DNA of 64,000 bases from Minisyncoccota bacterium (GTDB taxonomy: Bacteria > Patescibacteriota > Minisyncoccia > Phycocordibacterales > UBA2100): contig JARLIE010000218.1 of the NCBI GenBank assembly GCA_031291875.1, positions 4,979 to 68,978 on the forward strand. Direction: 5' to 3'. The notes below the pieces were generated by a model. It saw nothing but the letters and a program-made list of their open reading frames with translations. It had not been told where the DNA came from and ran no database searches. How positions within the stretch are numbered: the first letter of the stretch is position 1; each line of letters starts with the position of its first letter. A program made the position numbers and the translations under genes. This document shows, piece by piece, positions 49,627 through 58,881 of the stretch.

Positions 49627-51276
49627 ATGGCACTGCGCGATCGTTTGCAGCATCTCATCAAGGGCGACTGCGTCGATGATGCCGCGACGCTCGAAAAGTA
49701 CAGCCGCGACACAAGCATCTTCGAACGAAGGCCCGCGCTCGTCGTTTTTCCAAAAGACGCCGATGACGTCGCGACGGTCGTGAAGTTTGTGCACGAAGCG
49801 AAAGAAGCGGGCGAACACGTCTCACTCGCGGCAAGAAGCGCAGGCACCGACATGACCGGGGGCTCGCTCACCGATTCGGTCTCACTCGTCTTTACAAAAT
49901 ACATGAATCACATGGGTGAAATCGGCGAGGATTTCGCCGTTGCCGAGCCGGGCGTTTACTACCGCGATTTCGAAAAAGCGACGCTCGCGAAGAACGGCAA
50001 GCTTCTTCCCTCCTACCCTGCCTCGCGCGAGCTCTGCGCGATCGGTGGTATCGTTTCGAATAACTCGGGCGGAGAGCTCACACTCGGCTACGGCAAGACG
50101 AATCGCTACATTCGAGAACTCGACGTCGTGCTCTCGGACGGTTCAAAAACGTCGCTCAAGCCGATCTCGATCTACGAACTACCCGCGAAAGAACGCGAGC
50201 AAACACTCGAAGGCAAGATCTATCGTGAAATCCACAAACTTATCGACGAAAACACTGTCGAGATCGAGGCTGCACGGCCGACGGTCACAAAAAACTCCGC
50301 AGGCTACGCGCTCTGGAATGTTATCGATGAAGACAAAAAGACTTTCGATCTCACGCAGCTCGTGTGCGGTTCGCAAGGCACGCTCGCGCTCGTTACGCAG
50401 GCAAAACTAGGATTGGTAGAAACAAAAAAGCACCGCTCGATGCTCGTCATTTTCCTTTCCGATATTGAAATCCTACCCGAAATCGTACACCGCGTGCTCG
50501 CGTTTTCTCCCGAGAGCTTCGAGAGTTACGACGACCAGACCTTCAAGCTCGCGGTACGATTCATTCCGCAAATCATTTCGCAGCTCGGTATCGCACAAAT
50601 GATCTCGCTCGGATTCGCGTTTATCCCCGAACTCTGGGCTGTCATAACGGGTGGCGTTCCGAAGCTGGTGCTTATGGCGGAATTCGCCGCGGATGAGCCC
50701 GAGGATGCGAAAGAGGCGGCGGTCCAAGCGCGTGCGGCCTTGCACGGACTCCCGGTGCGCACCAAACTCGCTGCGAGCGAAGCGCAGTCGAAAAAGTACT
50801 GGACCATCAGGCGCGAGAGTTTCTCGCTTTTGCGCAAGAACTTGCGCGGATTGTATGCTTCCCCGTTCATCGACGACATCGTCGTGCATCCGGACGACTA
50901 TCCGAAATTCATCCCCGAGCTCAATGCGCTCCTTGCGCAACACCACCTGCTCTATACGATCGCCGGCCACATCGGCGATGGCAACTTTCACATCATCCCG
51001 CTGATGAACCTGGGCGATCCGCAGATGCGCAAAGAAATCCTGGAGCTTCAGCCGAAAGTCTACGCACTGGTTGCCAAATTCCATGGATCCTCAACCGGCG
51101 AGCATAACGACGGCATAATCAGAACACCGTACGTGCCGCTTATCTTCGGTGAAAAAATGACCGCGCTATTTTCTCAAGTTAAAGCCATTTTTGACCCGCT
51201 CGGGATTTTGAATCCGGGCAAAAAAGTCGGCGGCACGATGCAAGACATAGAGCGAAGCATGATCAAGAAGATGTAG
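49627..51276 (+). CDS. FAD-linked oxidoreductase (GlcD / D-lactate dehydrogenase family)
   Basis: RSAGT..TGG, GSQGTL, GHIGDGNFH, GEHNDG, FDP.GILNPGK. Confidence 0.92.
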   Translation: MALRDRLQHLIKGDCVDDAATLEKYSRDTSIFERRPALVVFPKDADDVATVVKFVHEAKEAGEHVSLAARSAGTDMTGGSLTDSVSLVFTKYMNHMGEIGEDFAVAEPGVYYRDFEKATLAKNGKLLPSYPASRELCAIGGIVSNNSGGELTLGYGKTNRYIRELDVVLSDGSKTSLKPISIYELPAKEREQTLEGKIYREIHKLIDENTVEIEAARPTVTKNSAGYALWNVIDEDKKTFDLTQLVCGSQGTLALVTQAKLGLVETKKHRSMLVIFLSDIEILPEIVHRVLAFSPESFESYDDQTFKLAVRFIPQIISQLGIAQMISLGFAFIPELWAVITGGVPKLVLMAEFAADEPEDAKEAAVQARAALHGLPVRTKLAASEAQSKKYWTIRRESFSLLRKNLRGLYASPFIDDIVVHPDDYPKFIPELNALLAQHHLLYTIAGHIGDGNFHIIPLMNLGDPQMRKEILELQPKVYALVAKFHGSSTGEHNDGIIRTPYVPLIFGEKMTALFSQVKAIFDPLGILNPGKKVGGTMQDIERSMIKKM

Positions 51277-51321
51277 TCTTTGGTTCGCGAGAAGCGTGTC
51301 CTTTGGTATACTTCGGCGCGT

Positions 51322-51801
51322 ATGGCAAAAGAACACGACGCTTCCTTTCTATTGAAAGTTGTTCAACCTGCGCTCGCAGGGCTCATGGATGGTTCAGTTT
51401 CGACGCTCGCCCCGATCTTCGCGGCGGCGTTCGCTACCAAAGACACGCACACCGCGTTTCTTATCGGTCTTTCCGCGGCGGTCGGCGCGGGTATTTCGAT
51501 GGCGTTTGCAGAGGCACTCTCTGATACCGGCGAGCAGACTGGTCGCGGCCATCCGGTAATGCGCGGCGCGATCGTCGGCGGCATGACCTTCGTCGGTGGC
51601 ATCTTCCACACACTCCCGTTCTTAATTTCAGATTTCTATCTCGCGACCTCCCTCGCATTCGCGGTCGTCGGGATTGAACTCGTCGCGATCGCCTATATCC
51701 GCTACCACTATTTCAATATGCGTTTTTGGATGTCCGTGCTGCAAGTGGTTATCGGCGGCGCGCTCGTCCTTGGCGCCGGCCTTTTGATCGGCAATTCCTG
51801 A
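51322..51801 (+). CDS. VIT1/CCC1 family protein (MbfA C-terminal-like)
   Basis: VQPALAGLMDGSVSTLAP, GAGISMAFAEALSD, TGRG.P. Confidence 0.88.
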   Translation: MAKEHDASFLLKVVQPALAGLMDGSVSTLAPIFAAAFATKDTHTAFLIGLSAAVGAGISMAFAEALSDTGEQTGRGHPVMRGAIVGGMTFVGGIFHTLPFLISDFYLATSLAFAVVGIELVAIAYIRYHYFNMRFWMSVLQVVIGGALVLGAGLLIGNS

Positions 51802-51805
51802 TCAC

Positions 51806-52204
51806 CTATTTTAGGTGCTTTTCGGCTCCGCACTTGCACCCGTGCGGCTTGATGAATTCGTCGAAGTATTCCTCGCCGTAATCGATCGTTATTTCTTCGC
51901 CGGGAAAGATATCGCGCAGTGCGTAAAACATAATTCTATCGCCTTCCCCGAGCGCTTCCACGTTGGGTACGCACGCATGATTGACCCAGCGGCCCTGGTT
52001 CTCCTGCGTCTCGCCGTCGATCGTCCACTTCTCATCGATCTCGAAGAGGTAACGGCTGTCTGATTCGTCGGCAACCTTCGCCGGTATCTTCGTGCCGGTG
52101 TATTCGACGATAAAACCGCCTTGCTTGATCGGTTCGCGCGCAAAAAGTCCCCACCCCATGCCAGGAGATTCGCGTATTTCAAATCGTGGATCCATTTCTT
52201 TCAT
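51806..52204 (-). CDS. SET-domain lysine methyltransferase-like protein
   Basis: GWGLFA, EYTG, RWVNHAC.PN, GEEITIDY, post-SET CKCG. Confidence 0.92.
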   Translation of the reverse strand: MKEMDPRFEIRESPGMGWGLFAREPIKQGGFIVEYTGTKIPAKVADESDSRYLFEIDEKWTIDGETQENQGRWVNHACVPNVEALGEGDRIMFYALRDIFPGEEITIDYGEEYFDEFIKPHGCKCGAEKHLK

Positions 52205-52330
52205 GTCTTTTGTGCTGATAGTTTTAATGCATATGATGTAGAAAAACAACCTCACTCGCTGTGTAAAACACAAACGAGTGACCGCCGGCGTATCGTTTGC
52301 CGATTTTTTATTACGGGGCATACTAGTCGA

Positions 52331-53590
52331 ATGAACAAGCCGAGGGTCTCTACCGAACCTTACAAGGGCGTCCGCGATTTCTATCCGCAGGACCAGTTCT
52401 TCCAACGCTACCTGTTCGAACATATGGAGCGCGTTTGCGAGCTCTACGGGTACGAAGAATACAATGCAAGCGTTCTCGAACCTGCGGAATTATATCGCAG
52501 CAAAACAAGTGAGGAAATTTTAAACGAACAAACCTACACTTTCCAAGATCGGGGTGAACGCGAAGTCACGCTGCGCCCCGAAATGACCCCTACCCTCGCG
52601 CGTATGATCGCCGCGCGCTCGCGCGAAATTCCGATGCCGGCACGTTGGTATTCGGTACCGAACCTCTTTCGCTATGAACGATCCCAGCGCGGCCGTTTGC
52701 GCGAACACTGGCAGCTCAACGTCGATCTTGTTGGTGCTGAGGGTGTGGAAGCGGATGCCGAAATTATCGCCGTCGCGCACGGCATTTTGCGATCCCTCGG
52801 TGCCGACGAGCGCGATTTTGAAATCCGAGTTTCCGATCGCCGTATTCTCGATTCGGTATACGAATCCGTCGGTATCGCCAAAGAGTACGCCGCCCGAGTC
52901 ACCCGCCTGCTCGATCGTCGCGCCAAAATCGACGACTTCGAAAAGCAGCTCACTGAAATGATCAAGCACGAAGAGAAAGCGGCCGAACTCATCGCCGAGC
53001 TCGAGCGCATCACCTCGACGAAATATCTCGAAGACCTCCGGGTGCAGCTGCAGCACATGGGTGTGAGCAATATGGTTGTCGACACTTCGATCACGCGTGG
53101 TTTCGACTATTACACCGGTATGATCTTCGAAATCTTCGATACCAATTCGAAAAACCCACGCGCTTTGATGGGCGGCGGTCGGTACGACAACCTACTTTCG
53201 ATGTTCGGCTCGGATCCGATCCCGGCGGTCGGTTTCGGCATGGGCGATGTTACCGCTCGCGATTTCCTCGAAACACACAACCTCTTGCCGAACTACGCGC
53301 CCGCAACGGAACTCATGATCTGCGTCGTCGAAAAAACAGCTTCTCAGCATGCGATCGCGCTCGCGCAGGATTTGCGGCGTCAGGATATTGCCGTCGCCGT
53401 AAACTTTTCCGGGAAGCGCGTCGGCGACCAAATTCGTGATGCCGACAAAATGAAAATCCCCTTCGTGATCGTCGTCGGTGAAAAGGAGCGCGACTCCGGC
53501 CGCTACTCACTCAAGAATCTCGAAAGCGGCAACGAAACAGTGCTGTCTGCCGATAGAATCGCGGAACATCTTTTCTCCGCGCTTGAATAA
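52331..53590 (+). CDS. hisS: Histidine--tRNA ligase
   Basis: KGVRDF, LRPEMT, FRYERSQRGRLREHWQ, RGFDYYTG, GGGRYD. Confidence 0.97.
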   Translation: MNKPRVSTEPYKGVRDFYPQDQFFQRYLFEHMERVCELYGYEEYNASVLEPAELYRSKTSEEILNEQTYTFQDRGEREVTLRPEMTPTLARMIAARSREIPMPARWYSVPNLFRYERSQRGRLREHWQLNVDLVGAEGVEADAEIIAVAHGILRSLGADERDFEIRVSDRRILDSVYESVGIAKEYAARVTRLLDRRAKIDDFEKQLTEMIKHEEKAAELIAELERITSTKYLEDLRVQLQHMGVSNMVVDTSITRGFDYYTGMIFEIFDTNSKNPRALMGGGRYDNLLSMFGSDPIPAVGFGMGDVTARDFLETHNLLPNYAPATELMICVVEKTASQHAIALAQDLRRQDIAVAVNFSGKRVGDQIRDADKMKIPFVIVVGEKERDSGRYSLKNLESGNETVLSADRIAEHLFSALE

Positions 53591-53608
53591 TTTGCTATAC
53601 TCGCGTGC

Positions 53609-54184
53609 ATGCGAGTGATCACCTTCGACATCGAGACCGCCAATTGGCTCGGAGAAAACGGCGTTGACGACATCACCGGGCTGCAGATTGCCGTCGTCGG
53701 GGTTCATGATTCCGAAACCGATTCGTACCGCTGCTACCTTGAGCCGGAGTTGCCACAACTCTGGCCAATCATCGAGCGTTCAGACATGCTCGTCGGCTAC
53801 AACTCAGACCATTTCGATATTCCCCTTTTGAACAAATACTATCCGGGTGATCTTTCCCGTATTAAGTCACTCGATCTTATGGTTGAGGTTTACAACACAC
53901 TCGGCAAACGACTTAGACTCGATACTATCGCCGAAGGAACGCTTGGTCAGGGCAAATCAGGCGACGGCTCGAAATCGCTCGTATGGTGGCGCGCCGGCGA
54001 AGTCGAAAAGGTAAAGTCGTACTGTTTGAAGGATGTCGAACTTACGCGAAAGATATTCGATTACGCCCTCAAAAACGGCTCGGTCAAATACAAGGAACTC
54101 GGAACGATCCGTGAAATAAAGCTGGACGTTTCCAAATGGATGCAGCCGAAAAGCGCCGCAATGACGTTTTCAATGGGTTTTTAG
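53609..54184 (+). CDS. RNase_H_2 / YprB-like 3'-5' exonuclease
   Basis: FDIET, GYN..HFD, Y...DV. Confidence 0.85.
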   Translation: MRVITFDIETANWLGENGVDDITGLQIAVVGVHDSETDSYRCYLEPELPQLWPIIERSDMLVGYNSDHFDIPLLNKYYPGDLSRIKSLDLMVEVYNTLGKRLRLDTIAEGTLGQGKSGDGSKSLVWWRAGEVEKVKSYCLKDVELTRKIFDYALKNGSVKYKELGTIREIKLDVSKWMQPKSAAMTFSMGF

Positions 54185-54209
54185 GCAATCGAACTTTTGC
54201 GAATCTCTT

Positions 54210-54286
54210 TGGTGCCTGGGGCCAGATTCGCACTGGCGACCCTTCGCTCTTCAGGCGAATGCTCTAACTAACTGAGCTACCCAGGC
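54210..54286 (-). tRNA. tRNA-Phe(GAA)
   Basis: GCCTGGG/CCCAGGC acceptor, loop CTGAAGA, encoded CCA; T-loop TGCGAAT. Confidence 0.93.
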
Positions 54287-54329
54287 AGGAAAAAATACTC
54301 TATCACAAACTTACCCGATCTTCATCCTC

Positions 54330-54656
54330 CTAGTGTGTCGGCGTCGACGAGGCGGCTCCGAACCTCGCTTCAAGCTGCTGGAGCTGATTCAATGCGTTTT
54401 GAATGCCCTGGAACTGGCCTTGTGCCTGCGGATTGACGGCTTCGAACTGTTGCATGGTCTTGAGCATCTCCTCGACGGCGCCATTGAGGTAGGTCATATA
54501 AAACCAGATCGGTGCGATCAAAAGCGCTGCGTAAATGATGAATTTAACAAACCCCCAGAAGAAGGCGCTCCGGCGGGCGCGATGCGCCATTTCGTTGTTT
54601 TCTTTGGTGAGACGGTAGATTTCGCGCAACAATTGCTCATTTGTCTGCGGTTCCAT
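54330..54656 (-). CDS. Hypothetical single-TM protein
   Basis: 108 aa, coiled N-terminus, TM, Gln-rich tail; TACTAT 6 nt before ATG. Confidence 0.75.
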   Translation of the reverse strand: MEPQTNEQLLREIYRLTKENNEMAHRARRSAFFWGFVKFIIYAALLIAPIWFYMTYLNGAVEEMLKTMQQFEAVNPQAQGQFQGIQNALNQLQQLEARFGAASSTPTH

Positions 54657-54681
54657 GAGGCTATAGTATCATGCGCGAATC

Positions 54682-54753
54682 GCCCCCATAGCTCAATGGA
54701 TAGAGCAGTCCCGTCCTAAGGGAAAGATGTGAGTTCGATTCTTGCTGGGGGCA
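54682..54753 (+). tRNA. tRNA-Arg(CCT)
   Basis: GCCCCCA/TGGGGGC acceptor, loop GTCCTAA, GTTCGATT. Confidence 0.93.
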
Positions 54754-54760
54754 CATGGCT

Positions 54761-54886
54761 GAACTATGCGAACTGCTTCGCATAGTTCTGTACCTGTGCC
54801 GGGCGGAGCGCTGTTTCGCCAGCAGGCGAAACTAGCGAGCCGGGGTCGCAGAAATCTCTTCGCTGGCGAAGAGATTATCTGTGACC
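54761..54886 (+). other. Three-hairpin structured element directly after tRNA-Arg(CCT)
   Basis: Stems at 54761-54788, 54809-54837 and 54843-54886. Confidence 0.6.
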
Positions 54887-54937
54887 ACATGACACTAAGC
54901 ATAAACTGCCACCTATAAAATATGCGAGAATATCCCA

Positions 54938-56137
54938 ATGGCGGTCAAAGTCCGTTCGAAATACACGTGGCTTCCCTTTTTCTCTGCGAGCGACGAAATA
55001 TTCTGGCTCAAAGCGATCGTCGCGATTGGATTTGCTTTCGCGTTCCTCATGACGATCAACCTCTGGCTGAACGTCCGATCGTATCCACTTGCGCCCGCAA
55101 TCCAAGGACTTCCCTTGATCGGCCACCCGTTCGACATCCTCTTGTTCGCCACACTCCTACTGCTGCTCGGATGCGTCTTCGTCGCGGCACGACCACGGCC
55201 CTATATTTGGGCGTTTCTCGCGATACTCGCCCTCCTTTGCCTATACGACCAAAACCGATGGCAACCGTACATCTTCATGTATGCGTTCCTCTTTGCTGCG
55301 CTCGGCGCGTATTCCTGGAAAAGCAATGATGCTGCGGGAAAGTCCCGCGCGCTGAATACCGCAAGATTCATCGTCGCGAGCACCTATCTCTATTCGGGAG
55401 TGCAGAAAATGAACCCGGGTTTTGTGCACGAGGTTTGGCCCTGGCTTTTGTCGCCGCTCACGCACGCCTATCCCTCCTTTGCCGCTCCCGTGCTTATGCT
55501 CGCATACGTCGCACCGCTCGTGCAGGTCGGATTCGGTATTGGTCTTCTCAGCAAGCGCTTCCGTAAGCAGGCGCTCATACTCGCGGTACTCATGCACGTA
55601 TTTATTCTTGCAATGATCGGCCCGTGGGCACTCGACTGGAACACCGTCGTCTGGCCTTGGACAATAGCAATGGTGTGCTTCGACCTCATTCTTTTCGGCG
55701 GCGTCGACGATTTCTCCTACCGTGACATTCTTTCACCAGGTAATTCGGCACTACACTGGATCGTCCTGCTGCTCTTCGGAATCATGCCGATTGCGAGTTT
55801 TTTCAATCTCTGGGATTCGGATCTCTCCGCAGCGCTCTACACCGGTAATCTCACGCAGGGCTACGTTCACGTGAGCACCATCGGAAAAGCCGAACTACCC
55901 GCAAGCGTCCAGCAGTACGCGATTTCTGACGGCACCAACGACTACGTCCTACCGATCAAGAGCTGGGCGCTCGGCGACATGAACGCGATCGAATATCCGG
56001 AAACCCGAGTCTTCAAAACGATCGGCGCATCGTTGTGCTCGCAAATGAGCGATCCAACACAACTCATCCTGGTTATACAAGAAGCCCGCCTCTTCAGGAG
56101 CGGCGGGCTACTTGAGTTTCGCTGTAATCAGCTTTAG
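54938..56137 (+). CDS. Polytopic membrane protein, HTTM-like
   Basis: ~10 TM; DQNRWQPY, YLYSGVQKMN, MH, WNTVVWPW, LY.GN. Confidence 0.65.
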   Translation: MAVKVRSKYTWLPFFSASDEIFWLKAIVAIGFAFAFLMTINLWLNVRSYPLAPAIQGLPLIGHPFDILLFATLLLLLGCVFVAARPRPYIWAFLAILALLCLYDQNRWQPYIFMYAFLFAALGAYSWKSNDAAGKSRALNTARFIVASTYLYSGVQKMNPGFVHEVWPWLLSPLTHAYPSFAAPVLMLAYVAPLVQVGFGIGLLSKRFRKQALILAVLMHVFILAMIGPWALDWNTVVWPWTIAMVCFDLILFGGVDDFSYRDILSPGNSALHWIVLLLFGIMPIASFFNLWDSDLSAALYTGNLTQGYVHVSTIGKAELPASVQQYAISDGTNDYVLPIKSWALGDMNAIEYPETRVFKTIGASLCSQMSDPTQLILVIQEARLFRSGGLLEFRCNQL

Positions 56138-56140
56138 GAA

Positions 56141-56389
56141 TTACGCGACGACGTGGAGAAGCTCGCGCAAACGGTCTTCATCGAAGCCGATGACCAATTC
56201 GCCGCCGACGTCGATAACCGGGACGCCCATCTGGCCACTCTTTTGGATCATTTCCTGGCGCTTTGTGAGATCGCTTGCAACGTTGTAGTCGGTGAATTGA
56301 ATGTGATTCTCCGTGAAGAAATCCTTCGCCGCGTGACAGAAGTGGCACGTGGGGGTCGAATAAATAGTTACTTGTTTTTGGTCCTCCAT
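56141..56389 (-). CDS. Glutaredoxin-like protein (YruB/NrdH type)
   Basis: YSTPTCHFC, SGQMGVPVI, IGFD. Confidence 0.93.
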   Translation of the reverse strand: MEDQKQVTIYSTPTCHFCHAAKDFFTENHIQFTDYNVASDLTKRQEMIQKSGQMGVPVIDVGGELVIGFDEDRLRELLHVVA

Positions 56390-56427
56390 ACGCTAAGGAT
56401 TGATCTTAGTAAGATGAGACGATTATA

Positions 56428-57012
56428 TCACGCCTTGATTCGCGCGGCCTTGAGCGCATTGCCCCACCAGGCAAGCTGTTCAAGCAGCGCCTTCGCACGA
56501 TCCACATACGGGGCAAACGCCTGCGCCGGGGCCGTACCCTGGCCGATAGCTATCACGGCGTCATACGTCATATGAACCGCGTTGCGAATCGGCGCCAACT
56601 GCAGCTCGATAGCAACCTCACGCAGCTGTTCAATGGCTCGAGCTCCGCCTGCACTTCCGTAGGCGACGAACGCAACGGGCTTATTGTTCCATTCCTGGTA
56701 CACCCAATCCATGGCGTTCTTAAGCACAGCCGTGTAGCCATGGTTGTATTCCGCGACGGTAATGATATAGGCGTCCGCTTCGGCGATCTTCGCGGTCAAC
56801 TTCACCACATTGGGCTCGTTGTACGGCTTCGTCTTATAACTCGGTGTCTCCTGCTGATCGAAGAACGGGATCGGGTAGTCACGAAGATCAAGAATTTCGA
56901 TATCCATGTCTGCACGCTCTTTTGCGAGCTCCGCAATCCAGGCTGCCGGCTTGTCGCCAAAACGGCCTTCACGCGTCGAACCGATAATGACCTTTACTTT
57001 GAGCTTATCCAT
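56428..57012 (-). CDS. NADPH-dependent FMN reductase
   Basis: GSTR.GR, AEYNHG, LKNAMD, YG..GG.RA.EQLR. Confidence 0.92.
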   Translation of the reverse strand: MDKLKVKVIIGSTREGRFGDKPAAWIAELAKERADMDIEILDLRDYPIPFFDQQETPSYKTKPYNEPNVVKLTAKIAEADAYIITVAEYNHGYTAVLKNAMDWVYQEWNNKPVAFVAYGSAGGARAIEQLREVAIELQLAPIRNAVHMTYDAVIAIGQGTAPAQAFAPYVDRAKALLEQLAWWGNALKAARIKA

Positions 57013-57101
57013 ATGAGTATTGGTGACCGAATAGGAGTCCATTGTACGCGCACTACTTTACTTTGTAAAGTAAACAGCGTTGTGGTAGGGTGGGGATATC
57101 T

Positions 57102-57425
57102 ATGCAGCACACCGACAAATCATGTCCTGTCGGGAAGGTGGCGACCCTTGTGGGAGACCCTTGTTCCCTGCTTATCGTTCGAGACCTTCTCGAGGGTCCT
57201 CGACGATTCGGCGAACTTGAAAACTCTCTCGGAAGCTCCACCCGCACGCTCGCCAAGAAACTCAAGGTGCTCGAGCACGAAAAGATCATCGCTCGCAAAG
57301 AGGCGCCCGCTGCCGCCGGCAAGGATTCACCCGCCTGCGTCAAATATACGCTCACCAAGAAGGGCTCCGCGCTCAAGCCGACCATCGACGCAATGCGAGT
57401 TTTCGGCGCTAAATACTTACGCTAG
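57102..57425 (+). CDS. HxlR-family winged-helix regulator
   Basis: CPV, GPRRFGEL, RTL...LK.LE, YTLT.KG; divergent from FMN reductase. Confidence 0.9.
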   Translation: MQHTDKSCPVGKVATLVGDPCSLLIVRDLLEGPRRFGELENSLGSSTRTLAKKLKVLEHEKIIARKEAPAAAGKDSPACVKYTLTKKGSALKPTIDAMRVFGAKYLR

Positions 57426-57483
57426 TGATGCAACGCGCCCTCGCGTTTGAAGGCCGTTCGAACGCGTAGTATTCTTACGCGAC

Positions 57484-58515
57484 ATGGCTACCAACGATCC
57501 GCTCGTATACGACGAGACGAAGAATTCTACCGGTTTTACCATCACATTCACTCCCCTTTCCGCAGAGCAATTCGAGGTCCGCGCTTCCCAGGAGGGGCAG
57601 CAAAACATCTCCGCGACATTTTCCAGCCGACGCATCGACGAGGCGCATATTTTATATATGGAATCCACCGAGCTACTGCGTTCGCGCGCAAAGATCCGCC
57701 AAACACCCGAAGAGATTCGGCGAGCGGAAGAAGTGCTCTTTGCGATGTTCCGAGGCGAGAAGGTCTCTGCCGAGACAATCGCTTCTGTCTCAGCACCGCG
57801 CGTCGATTCCCCTGTCGGAGCGCCGGTCAATAAACCGATCGACGTCGACGGCACTCGCTATGATCGCCTCCTCGTAAAGACTCGTCTTATTACCCTGGAC
57901 GACAAAGACCTGCTCCCGATCATCGAGCAATACGCAGGTCCACACATTCTGCCGGGCGACACGCTCTATGTGAGCGAAAAAGCGCTCACCATATCGCAAG
58001 GACGCGTTATCGACACATCGCTGATCACACCATCTTGGCTCGCCTACCTTTTCGCACGCAATGTCAGCAACTACTACGGCACAGCTGAGTTCCGCGGCTT
58101 CGGCCACGGTACGCCGCTCGCGATGCAGCTCTTAATCGAAGAAGCCGGCTACCCACGCGTGATCTTTGCGGCTTTTGTTTCGGCGATCACACGCCCTTTC
58201 GGCATCCGTGGCGCGTTCTATTACCTCTGCGGCAAGAGCGCCAAATCGGTCGACTTGCCGATGTCGTTTCTCATCCTCGAGTACGCGCACGCTGCCAAAT
58301 TGGCGCCGAAAAATCCGAGCGCGGAAGCGAAGCGCTTTAAGGCAAAACTCGGCTGCGAGGTCGTCATTCTCGACGCCAATTACCGAGGCGCCTTCAGCCT
58401 CGGCAAATCCACCAGCGCGATTTCCGAAAGCTTCATCAACAAACTCTTCAAGGGCAACCCTATGGGTCAATCCGACGAGATGACGCCGTTTTGCATCGTA
58501 CGCAAAACATCATAA
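57484..58515 (+). CDS. CofE / F420-0:gamma-glutamyl ligase family protein with N-terminal extension
   Basis: KTRLI, VSEK...ISQGR, ILDAN, GNPMGQ.DE.TP. Confidence 0.75.
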   Translation: MATNDPLVYDETKNSTGFTITFTPLSAEQFEVRASQEGQQNISATFSSRRIDEAHILYMESTELLRSRAKIRQTPEEIRRAEEVLFAMFRGEKVSAETIASVSAPRVDSPVGAPVNKPIDVDGTRYDRLLVKTRLITLDDKDLLPIIEQYAGPHILPGDTLYVSEKALTISQGRVIDTSLITPSWLAYLFARNVSNYYGTAEFRGFGHGTPLAMQLLIEEAGYPRVIFAAFVSAITRPFGIRGAFYYLCGKSAKSVDLPMSFLILEYAHAAKLAPKNPSAEAKRFKAKLGCEVVILDANYRGAFSLGKSTSAISESFINKLFKGNPMGQSDEMTPFCIVRKTS

Positions 58516-58569
58516 TTTCTTGATGTATTTTTTAAAGAAGCGTGAACGTTAGAGAGACATACTACCGAG

Positions 58570-58641
58570 GTCTTGGGAGCAAAGTGCGGAGGTCGAATTG
58601 ACCTTCGATACCTTTGGAGGTGCAAGTCCTTCTCCCAAGAC
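58570..58641 (+). ncRNA. tRNA-like element lacking D-arm and anticodon loop
   Basis: 9-bp closing stem GTCTTGGGA/TCCCAAGAC, T-arm GGAGG-TGCAAGT-CCTTC, one long central hairpin. Confidence 0.5.
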
Positions 58642-58689
58642 GTTCGCAAAATCGTTTTGACAATAGATACTGAGACGGTATCGTTATGG

Positions 58690-58768
58690 ATGAAATCTCA
58701 CAGATTTCTGGTCTTGGGAGGCACTATGCCGAAGAATACGCCGTCCAAAAGGTCGGCGTTTTCTTTTT
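58690..58768 (+). ncRNA. Candidate ~80-nt small RNA
   Basis: TTGACA(58657)-N16-TATCGT promoter, 5' hairpin GAAATCT/AGATTTC, terminator ACGCCG/CGGCGT plus T-run. Confidence 0.4.
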
Positions 58769-58795
58769 GCGATATTCAAAAAACGAAAGCGCCTC

Positions 58796-58869
58796 TGGTG
58801 CGGGATACGAGAATCGAACTCGTGCTTACTGCTTGGGAAGCAGCCGTCCTGCCATTAAACGAATCCCGC
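58796..58869 (-). tRNA. tRNA-Gly(CCC)
   Basis: GCGGGAT/ATCCCGC acceptor, loop TTCCCAA, GTTCGATT, encoded CCA. Confidence 0.94.
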
Positions 58870-58881
58870 TAAGCGAGACAA

